Of a DNA stretch of 64,000 nucleotides, positions 26,001 to 36,719 are shown piece after piece. The position numbers were made by a program, and so were the translations under genes. Positions within the stretch are counted from its first letter, which is position 1. Every line of letters begins with the position of its first letter. Below the pieces are notes generated by a model. That model did no database searches and had not been told where the DNA came from. It saw only the letters and a program-made list of their open reading frames with translations. The stretch is from Lama guanicoe (Eukaryota). The DNA is taken from assembly GCA_013239625.1 (NCBI GenBank), contig MU053934.1:6528399-6592398 (forward strand), written 5' to 3'.

Positions 26001-27964
26001 TTTTATAATTGTTATATCCTTTTGCTGAATTGGACATTTTATTAATATGTAATTTCCTTCTTTGTCTCATAATCTTTTTGACGTAAAGTCTGTTTGTCTG
26101 ATATTAGCATGGCCATTCTTGCTCTTGTTTGGTTACTATTTACATGAAATATCTCTTCCCGACCTTTTACTTTAAATTTATTTGTGTCTTTGTATCTAGA
26201 ATAAGTCTTTTATATACACAGCATGTAGTTGAATTCATGAGTTTTTATCTATTCTGTGAATCTCTGTTTTGATTGGGGAATTTAATCCATTTACATTTAA
26301 AGTAATTACTGATGATGGGGGCCTTACTTCTGTTATTTTGCTGTTTAATTTCTATACACCTTATAGCTTTTTTGTTCCATATTTTGTGCATTTACTCTCT
26401 GTGTTTAGTTGATTTTTTAATAGTGAAAAGTTTAAAGTCCTTTCTCATTTCCTTTTGTTTATATTTTATAGCTATTTTCTTGGTGGTCATCATGAGGGTT
26501 ACACTTAACATTCTAAAGTCATAACAGTAATTTGAATTTTTACCATCTTAAGTTCAATAACATACAAATACTCTGCACCTTTACAGCCCTTCCGTCTTCA
26601 CCTCTTTCAGCTGATGTCACAAAATTACATCTTTATACATCATGTGCCCCCAGTCTAATAATTCTCTTAAATGCTTTAGTCTCTTAAATTATGTAGAAAG
26701 CAAAAATGGAATTACAAGCCATTGTTATAATATTAGCTTTTATAATTGTTCAAGGATTTACCTTTATTGAGATCTTTATTTCTTTATATGGCTTCAAATT
26801 AATGTCTAGTGTTCTTTCCTTTCACCCTGTAGGACTCCCTTAAGCATTTCTTGCAGGGCAAGTCTGGTGATAATGAACTCCCTCAGCTTTTGTTTATCTG
26901 GGAACATCTTAATTTCTTTCTCACTCTAAAAAGAGTTTAGCCAGATATAGGATTCTTATTTGACAGTTTGTTTCTGGTCTCCAATGTTTCTGATGAGAAA
27001 TCTGCGATTATCTTATTGAGAATCCCTTATATGTGATGATTCACTTCTCTCTTCCTGCTTTCAAGTTCTGTCTTTATCTTTGGCTTTTGAAAGTTTGATC
27101 ATAATGTGTCTCAGTGTGGATCTTTTTGAGTTAATCTTACTTGGAGGTTATTGAACTTCTTGGATGTTTATAATCATGTATTTCATCAAATTTGGGGAGT
27201 TTTCAGCCATTATTTCTTCGAATATTTTCTCTACATCTTTCTCTCTTTCTTCTTTTTCTGAAAATTCCACAATGTGTATGTTGGTCTGCTTGGTAGTGTC
27301 CCACTAGTCTCTTATGCTCTGTTCACTTTTCTTCAATCTTTTTTCTTTCTATTCCTCAGTCTCAACAATTTCCATTGTCCTATATCCAAGTTTAGTGATT
27401 CTTTATTCTACTTATTCAAATCTGAATTTGAATCCTTCTAGTGATTTTTTGTTTCAGTTATTGTATTTTTCAGCTCCAGATTTTTATTTTTGGTTTTTTG
27501 TTAGGTATTCTATGTCTTTATTGTTATTTCTATTTTGTTCATATTATCATTTTCTTGACTTTCTCCACATTTTCCTCTAGATCTTGGAGCATATTTAAGA
27601 CAATTCTTTTAATTTTTTTTCTAGATAGCTTAAGCATAAATATGGATTACAGAATAATAGCTTGACAGTTGTCCATTCACCTTGACACAGTTAAATCATT
27701 TTGGCAATATAGCCACAGAAATAAATAAAACCCATTTATTATAATATTACTTGGAAAGTTGGAAACAACATGCCCTCCTACAATCAGGGAATTAAGTGGT
27801 GCTTATGTGTATGATAAAACATTGTCCAGCTTTTACACTGTGTGTACACCAGAAGTTAACACAATGTTGTAAATTGACTGTACTTCAACACAAATAAATT
27901 TTAAAAATCTAAAAAATATATTGTCCAGCTTTCAACTTATGAAATATACTAATAATATAAAGAA

Positions 27965-28350
27965 ATTTCTGTTATCATACTAAGTGAAGTAAGTCAGACA
28001 GAAAGACAGATATTATACAATATCACGTATATGTGGAATAAAAAAAAGATACAAATGAACTTATGTACAAAACAGAAATAGACTCACAAACACAGAAAAC
28101 AAACTTCTGGTTACCAAAGGGGAAAGAGGTGGAGGGAAAAATTAGGAGTCTGGGATTAAGTTATATAAAATAGATAGCCAGCAAGGGCCTTCTGTATAGC
28201 ACAGGGAACAATATTCAATATCTTATAATGACCTATAATGGAAAAGAATCTGAAAATAATAGATTTATATGTATATGTATAACTGAATCACCTTGCTATA
28301 TACCTGACAGATTGTAGATCAACTATACTTCAATTTTTAAAAAATGAGAA
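27965..28350 (+). mobile_element. L1 3' end fragment
   Basis: actaagtgaagtaagtcagacag..ctgtatagcacagggaac..caactatacttcaattttt L1 3'UTR motifs. Confidence 0.75.
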
Positions 28351-28929
28351 AAAGGAGAAATTTCTTATAACGTCAAGAAGAAAGAGCCAGATTTTTTTTT
28401 AAAAATTGTGTGGTTTTATAATCATGACTGTGTAAAAAATATTAACAGAGATCCTACAGAGAAATACACCAAAATACTGTTTTTGTCTTTGATGATGAAA
28501 TTATAGGTGACTTTAAAAAAATTCATCTCTTCTCTATTTTCGAAATACATATTCCTCATTGGATATGTATTACTTTTTTTATAATCAAAACAAACGTTAT
28601 TAAGTAAAGTACATATCTGTGCACAACTACATGAAATGTAGAGATACAACTATAGGATTGTTTTCTTGTTGATTTGAATCCCTCCACAGTAGGAAATGAT
28701 AAAGCCTTCAATTATTTGGGGGGGGGCTGTGTTTTTGAGTGGGGCTGTATTTTTGGGAGGGCTGAGCCTTCAACTATTGATAGCCGAAGGATCTGGCTTT
28801 AGCATTGCTCTGCCTGAATTCTCTTCCTGTGTCAGTTTGCTTCAGCATTGCTTTTTATCTCCTACCTCTTTCTTACTTATTCCTTGTCCACTCTAAAAAA
28901 TGAGTAACTGGTTTTCTTTTTCTTCTTAG

Positions 28930-29336
28930 CATACCCAGTTGTGATCCATGGACCCCCACCAACAGCATATGGAGCCCCGCCTGGGGGACATGGAGCCCCA
29001 CCTGTGGGATATGGACCCCCACCTGTGGGATATGGACCCCCACCTGGCGGATATAGACCCCCACCTGTGGGATATGGAGCCCTACCTGCAGGATATGGAG
29101 CCCCACCTGCAGAATATGGAGCCCCGCCTGTGGAATATGGAGCCCCACCTGTGACATATGAAGCTTCACCTGCAGGATATGGAGCTCCCCCAGCTGGAAA
29201 TGAAGCCACACTTCCAGCACATGAAACTCCACCCGCTGAAAATAGAGCTGCTTCTCACAAATCTATGGCAGCTCAGCTTGAGGCTTCTCTTCCCTCTACC
29301 TCTTCTCAGGCCCATTTACCACCTTTGAAGAAGTAA
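28930..29336 (+). CDS. WBP2NL: WBP2NL coding exon 6 (YGxPPxG repeat region) to stop
   Basis: cttcttag| (A)[19 protein letters not shown]...HLPPLKK*; the joined CDS is 924 nt = 307 aa with no internal stop. Confidence 0.93.
28947..29198 (+). repeat. Coding 21-bp tandem repeat (about 12 YGxPPxG heptads)
   Basis: Repeated tatggagccccacctg(t/c)(g/a)gga-like units. Confidence 0.9.
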
Positions 29337-29699
29337 ACCTTGAAGACTCACCAAGCAAAGGGCACCCCAAAACTGAAGTCAGGATAAGAAGGTAGACTCA
29401 GGTATGTGGTTAAAGTTCTGTCTCAAGTAATTGTCCCACTCTTTGGAAGGGCAATCTTAGAGGGAAGATGAAGCTTTACTTCTATGCCTGCATTTTAGAG
29501 GCAGAGTCAACTTTTGATTGGATGTGCTAAGGAGAAGTAGAATTGTAGACTTAATTCTTCAATCACTTGGTTGACATTGGGCTGCATTTTTTAACATACC
29601 TTGAATGTGAGTGTGAAAAAAGAGTCCTGCATTTTCCCCTCCCCCACTCAAGAAACAGTATGCTCATTGTGCTAGGCACTAAGATATGTGTTAAAAATA

Positions 29700-30570
29700 T
29701 CAAGTTGAATGCTTAGTTGTTTTTCATAGCATTATTTATAGTGAAGGGATGGAACAACTTAAGTTTTCAATAGGGAGAGAGAATTTCATTAATTGTACAT
29801 CCACACAATGGAATATTATACAGCCATTGAAAATGATTATAGAGATAGGGAAAGCCTCATTTAAGAAGACCAAAAACAATGAAGCAATAAAGGAAAACAA
29901 TGATAAACTTGACTATATCAAAATATATCAACCTTCTGTATGACCAAAGTTAAAAGATAGGCAAAAGAGTAGGAGAAACTAATTTCCAACATATGTGTTA
30001 AACAAATAATTTATAGTCAGACTATATGAAGAATTCCTACAAATCAACTCAAAAGAAAAAATGGACAAAAGATATGAATTTCCAATTACCTGAGGCAATA
30101 GGCCAAGAAACATTTGAAAAGATGTTTGTTTAACTTGACTAGTGTTAGAGAAATGCAACATGAAATGAGAAATAATTTTTACCTGTAAAGATTTACAAAT
30201 AGTAAAAAGATTGGAAAACTCAATTGTTGGGAGGATGTGAGGAAAAGATTATTTTTATGCATTTTGATGAGAGTGTAAGTTGAGATGCCTTTTTAGAAAG
30301 AAGTTTGGCAGTACCTTTTAAAAGTTAAACTATGTCTACTGTTGATTTAGCTGTTTCACTTCTCAATATCTATCTCTGAGAAATACTTGTACACAAAGAT
30401 GCACATGGGAAGATTTCATCACATCCATTGTTTCTAACAGCACCAAATTTAGATGCAACTTAGATGTCCATTAATAGTAAATAGTTAAATAAACTATGGT
30501 GCATCCATGCTACATAAACAAAAATTTTTATGTCTTATTGTTAAGTGAGAAAAGTAAGTTGTAAGTAGTA
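29700..30570 (+). mobile_element. Ancient L1 (L1ME-like) ORF2/3' fragments
   Basis: Degenerate motifs (gataaacttgactatatcaaaat; aaactatggtgcatccatgc). Confidence 0.6.
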
Positions 30571-33131
30571 TACACTACAGTGATTTTCAGTTCCATCAGA
30601 CTGAATGCCCCCTTTTGTAACAAATATTTTGTAATGTCTCCTTTACTTCGTTGGAATGAAATCTGTAAACTATTGCACATGATTCTGCACCATTTCAACC
30701 AGAATCGATACAACACCATAAATGTGATATAAAGAAGAAATACTAGAAAAGCAGTTTGGTAGTAAAATTTTAAGTATTTTAACATACATATAAATGCTCA
30801 GATTCCACCATACTGGAATGAAGTAATCAAGCGCTCATCCCAACATAGATTCACTATAGTTGTAAACACTAAAAATGCCACCTGGTACGTGTATGTTGTA
30901 TTGGTGAGTTGAATACCATGGTGGCACTGCCATCAGCAGTGTCATTTTCCAAAATGATATACAATCTTTGACAAATTTCTCAGTAAGGCAAAGTTCGGTT
31001 TTTCCCTTGATTTACACAGTGGTTAAATTCCTGAAAAGTTCTGTGTGTATTAAAATCACATAAAACAGTTAGGGGCTAGACTCAAATGAATATAAGCATG
31101 TGTTCCACCTACATCAGTGGCCAGACATTCATTTGAAAGTCATGAGGAGGGGGCGTGTAGGATGGTTCTTTGCTGTGGGGAGCTGCCCTCTGCCTTTCAG
31201 GATATCTAGCATCCTTGACCCCTTACCCATTAAATGCCAACCTTGGGCTCCAGTTTCAATAACCAGAAATGCCCCCACTTACTTCCTAATCGCCCTTGGG
31301 GGCATAATGCCATCCCTGCTGAGAACATCATTCTAGAGTATTCTAGAGTACTCCAAGCTTTTCAGCCTCTTAAGAGCTCATGTTCTCCCAGTCTGTCCAA
31401 GTTCCTAATTTCACTGGCCCTTCATTACTTTCTTTCAGGTTTATTAAGATACATGAAAGTGAGGCCTTAAAAAGTATTGTATCAGTTCTTTTTAAATATT
31501 TTATAGCAGAAGAGTATCAGGAGCTCTAGTCCACAATATTGCCAGACACAGAAGACCTTTAAATCAAAACATTTTTTTCTATGCATATTTGTATGTAGTT
31601 GAGAATATGCTATATATAGTGTTTCAGCTGACATTTTACAAACATTTTTATTTTTAAAAAAAAACAGCTTTATTAAGATATAATTGATATGTTAAAAACT
31701 GCGTATATTTAATGTATACAGTTTGATGAGTTTCATAGGTTTTTAAGAATTCTTCATCAGTATCGTTAGTGGCTATATAATATTCTGACATGGTCACACC
31801 ATTACATATTTTCTCAGTCCCTGTTTAAGATATTTGAGTTGTTTGCAGGTTTTTGCTATCACTAACAACATTGTTAACTTCTCTGTTAAATAGAGCTTAC
31901 AAATATTTTGTAATGTCTCCTTTACTTCATTGAAATGAGACAATTTTTTGGATTATTTGATTAAAACAGATTAGTTATTAATTGATTCTCATTGTAACAC
32001 TTAGGAAATCAGATGCTTCTGTGTTCTCAAGGACAGCCTTTCCTAAGGAAGTCAGAGAGATGTTAAAGGGTGTTATGTGAAAAGGGTTTTTTTGTTTGTT
32101 TTTTCCCTTAGTGGAGGGGAGATGGTGGGTTACAGTCAACCATGCTGGAGAACAAATTTTTTTTGGAAGGTTCCTAAATAGCTGAAGAAGAAGGGATTCT
32201 GTCTAAGGAAAAGGGGTTATAGATTTCACCAGCAGTTTGGTTAGTCTAGATACGTGTTTAGTAGCCAATATTTTAAAAGTTTGTATAATATTTAGTAATT
32301 AGCATTTATTATTAATAACAAAATAGAATATTGATTGAATTGAGTATTAATAAGAGCTACTGATATTGAACACAGTTGTTAAATTGTGCTTAAAGTCTAA
32401 ATAGTCATTCAACAAATCTTTGAGTGCCCTAGTGAAAGCATAGATTTTTGAGTTGTGAAAAAAAAGAAGGGATGATTTCCTCCTCAGCCTCAGAGAGAGG
32501 TGATGATTTTCTCCTGGGTTTAGAGGGAGTTACCAGATGGGCCTTGCTTTCCTCTTTCCCCATGTCTGTGGAAGAATGCTTTCTACCCACCCCTCTCCCT
32601 GCTCCTGTGCTGCGCACCCTTTGGCTGCTTAGCAGAGTCCTATTCATCTGTTAAGGCCCAACCCACCCCTCTGTGAAACCTGCCTCAGCTTCCCAAATTC
32701 AGCTGTTAATTCTTCCTCTGTCCCTCCCTATTCTGTGCACACCTCCATGAGAGCATTTACACAGTAACTGTCATTGCTAGTTTACATGTCTATTTCTGCC
32801 CTGAACTCTGAGTTCTCTGAGGACCACTGGGCCATTATTTGGTGTAAGGCATTATTCCTAGTGCTGTGGAGGGGAGACAAAATTGTTTAAAGTTGCATCC
32901 CTGTCTTCTAGGAATTTACTATTCAGCGCTGTAGGGCAAGAGGGGAAATTGTGGTTAGTGATTATTTGCTTCGCTCTGCCGCTCTTCTGAAGGATCTAGA
33001 GAAAAAGATTTCTGGTTGTTATTTTAATACATATTTCATTATTTATTTCACATTTCATTATTTTATTATTTAGGTATAATGAGGCCAACAGATCAGGAGA
33101 CAACTGCCATTGAAAGAAATCATTTGTTATA

Positions 33132-33468
33132 CAGTTGACCCTTGAACAACATAGGTTTGAGCTGCATAGGTCCACTTATATATGGCTTTTTTCAGTAAAT
33201 ACATATATATACTGTATATGTATACTCTCCATTATGATTTTCTTAATAACATTTTCCTTTATCTAGTTTGCTTTATTGTAAGAATACATTATATAATATA
33301 TATCATATACAAAACATGTGTTAATTGACTGTTTCTGTCATCCATAAGGCTTCTGGTCAACAGAAGGCTACTTGTGGTCAAATTTTGGGGGAGTCAAAAG
33401 TTATATGTGGAATTTTGACTGCACGGGGGTCGGTGCCCCTAACTCCCATGTTGCTCAAGGGTCATCTG
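33132..33468. mobile_element. Tigger2-type non-autonomous DNA transposon
   Basis: TIRs cagttgacccttgaacaacat / atgttgctcaagggtcatctg, with TA duplication at 33130-33131 and 33469-33470. Confidence 0.88.
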
Positions 33469-33557
33469 TATCTACAGATCCCAAGGTGGGGGCATGCCAT
33501 GCTACAGAGCTACACAACAAAGTACCAGGGACTGGAGGAAACTTGGCCATAGTCTTT

Positions 33558-34071
33558 TTATTTTTCTTTATTGAAGTATAGCTGATTTGCAGCATTATGT
33601 TAGTTTCTGGTGTACAGCAAAGTGATTCAGTTTATACACACACACACACAAACACATACACACACATATACACATATTCTTTTTTATATTCTTTTCCATT
33701 ATGGTTCATTATAGGATATTGAATATAGTAACCTATGTTATACAACAGGACCTTGCTTATCTATTCTATATATAGTAGTTTGTATCTGCTAGTCCCAGAC
33801 TCACAATTTATTCCTCCCTCCCCCTTTTCCCCATGGTAACCATAAGTTTGTTTTCTATGATTGTGAGTCTGTTTTTGTAAATAAATTCATTTGTGTCATA
33901 TTTTAGATTCTACATATAAGTGATATCCTATGGTATTTGTCTTTCTCTTTCTGACCATTTTCACTTATATGATAATGTCTAGGTCCATGCATCTTGCTAC
34001 AAATGGCATTATTTCATTCTTTTTTACAGCCGAGTAGTATTCCATTGTGTATATATGCCACATCTTCTTTG
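33558..34071 (-). mobile_element. 5'-truncated L1 3' end with TSD
   Basis: L1 3'UTR and ORF2 tail (KKMWHIYTMEYYSAVKKNEIMPF); TSD ggcc(a/g)tagtcttt at 33545-33557 and 34072-34084. Confidence 0.85.
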
Positions 34072-36719
34072 GGCCGTAGTCTTTGTTGTGGTTTCCTTGG
34101 GAAGGCACAGGTGAGGCAGGGTAAGCAGTTTTACAACTGGGCACAGACGCTGTCCCTGGTTGCCTGCTACCTGGCGCTGGGATGATTAGAGCAGGTGGAG
34201 CCTGATAAAAGAGGTAGTTGGGGGAATGGCCCTGGATTGGTTGCTTATATGTGAGAGGCACACTCACAGGTGAGTTGTTTACCATCTCTAGAAATTGGGT
34301 AACCTCGGGAGGGAAGTCCCTCCAGGGTTATCAAGGGCACAGATGTCAAAGTATTCAGAATACAGAAAATAAAAGATATGATTAATAAGGTTATGAAATC
34401 AGGTCCCTGGCCTTCCTCATTGGGTTCTCTAACACTGGGTGGGATCTCTGAAAAACAGGATGAAAAAAGGAAAGGAAAGATGGAAGGAAACTCCTTTCTC
34501 AGTTGGGAGTGCGATCAACTACAGGTAGAAGCAACCATATTGTTTTAAATAAATAAGGGCTAATTTTCCTCACATAACAAAACCCTAGGAGGAAGACAGA
34601 CCCATATTGATGTGACAGCTCAATTACATCAGCCAGGGCTCAGCTCCTTTTACCTTCCAGCCTGCCACCCCTGCTATCCCTAGCATGTTGTCCTATCACC
34701 TGATGGTCAAGTTGGCTAATCACCTCCAGGTATCATGTCCACATCCAAGGGAGGAAAATGGGGGAGGGCAGTGGACTGTGCCACCTGCAGCTCCCTTCCA
34801 TTCTCCAGGCTCCAGTCAGAGGACAGACCCCTTCTGAAATGCTAGTCTAAAACGACCGAACTGTTTCTCATTGGAATACTTCTGGGTTGTTAAAAAAGAA
34901 TGTGGTAACTGAAACTGTACTAATAAGGAATCTCCAAAAGCTAATAAGTGGGAAAAAAAGCCACAAAATAGTGTGTTTACTATGCCACCATTCTTTGCAT
35001 ATGCAGAGTGATTGTGCCTCTGGAGAGATCTACAGGGGTTGCTTCTGGGTTGGGGAGCTGCATGGCTGGGGGAAAGGATTAGGAGCGAGGCTTAGTTTTT
35101 TCACTCCAGACCCTTTTGGACCTTTTGAATTTTGTACTGTGTGCATGTGTACCCACAGGTGCCAAGCAGTAGGAGGAGTTTCCTGTGCATGTAGTGGCCT
35201 GATCCTTTCCACACATCTGTGACATCCTGGTGAGCTCTGAGTCCCTTTTCCTGTTGTGGGCTTGACCCCTGGTGATCGGAGGGCTTAGAAAATCGACTGT
35301 GTCAGACATGGTTTAGTAGGTCAAAGGAGGGCTCAGATTTCTCATAGATTTGTTCCAGATCTGTTGCCATGTAACTGGGGTGTGGGGGTTGCTGAGAGCC
35401 TTAGACTAGCAACACTTGAGTCAGCACAAGTAGCACAGGAAAGAGAATCCTCAGATCTTTGGGTTTTTTATGACCTCATGGCCTCATTCCCTCATCACAG
35501 CACCAGACATGAAGTCTCTGCCACATTAATTGCCTTAGTGATGCCCCTCAGTAAGGGGTACTTACAACATGTGGAAGTGAAGAGTTTGAGAGGGGCATTA
35601 ATTATGTCAATTGGCTAGTCCATTTATTAACTATCTGTTCATGCCCAGCACCCTGCCAGGCACTTCACATACATAATCCAGAGAAGTGGGTGCTTGGACC
35701 ACAATCTCATAGATGAAGAAACTGGGACTGAGGGGGAAGCAAATTGCCTAAGGCACACAGCTGGTTAGTAGGTGACAGGGTGGAATCTGAACCTAGGTTT
35801 CCCTTTTCACTCACCCTCTCATTTGTTGAGTTCCTCTTGTATGCCATTTCTGTGTTCTTGGGTTATCAGCCACCAAATGAACAAAAATTCCTGCTCTTAT
35901 GAAGCTTACATTCTAGTAATACTAAAATACAGTCAATATTAATATGTTATATGATATAACTAGGCATGTCATATTCAAACTGAAGAAAAAGCAAAGACAG
36001 AAATTGTTAAGAGCTATGAAAAAATATAGAGCAAAGTAAAGGAGATTGGAATGCAGGGAGGTTGGCAGAGGGAGCAACTTGTAATAGAGCCTTGTTGAGT
36101 AAAGATTTGAAGGACTAAAGAGGTGAGGGAGCTCGCCATGCAGATATCTGGGGAAGAGTGTTGTAGGCAGAGGGAACAGCTAGTGTAAAGGCAGCTTAAT
36201 TCCAAGGTGCCTTCCCTTATACCCAGTGCCTCAAGTCATAGATGAATATGAGAAGACTCCTGTTCTCAAGGAAGGAAAATGCTTGAAAACTGAAGGCAAG
36301 CCAACAAGAGTGAGAGATCTGAACCAGCACGTGAAACAGTTTGGGGTTGGAGACTGATTTCTGAGTTCTTGTTAGAAAACAGGCCTCTTTCCTATCTATG
36401 TCCTGAGGGGGGAAGAGAAGTCAATGTAACCAAAGAAGCTAGGGCCACCCTGGTTTTACACCCTTCATTAAAGTCTGCTTGCTGTTGCATACCTGTGCGG
36501 TGGCCTTGGGCTCTCTGTTTCCGAGGGTATCTATGATACGCAGTTCCTGGTGCTGGTCCCTTGGGGCTGCCCAGTAGCGCAGCTTGGATGTATCCAGGCT
36601 CTCAGCTTCGGGCTGGGCCCTGCACTTAATCCTACTCAACTGTTTATTGTCTGGTTCCAAGAGAGATGGATCTTCATAAGGCTGAAGTCTCACAGAATGG
36701 GAAAATATATTTGCAAATC

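Larger units (their letters stand above)
19885..27620 (-). mobile_element. Cluster of old L1 fragments hosting nested insertions
   Basis: Decayed ORF2 endonuclease and ORF1 fragments (HGTFSRTDQILGNKLSL..HQWIKEEIIREI at 25430-25765); boundaries approximate. Confidence 0.8.

Noticed and set aside
28873..29232. Repetitive minus-strand and alternate-frame ORFs (LHIPQVG.., GGAPY.., DMEPHLW..) or a CRISPR-like array
   Set aside because: These are shadows of the 21-bp coding repeat of WBP2NL exon 6; there are no unique spacers and the context is eukaryotic.
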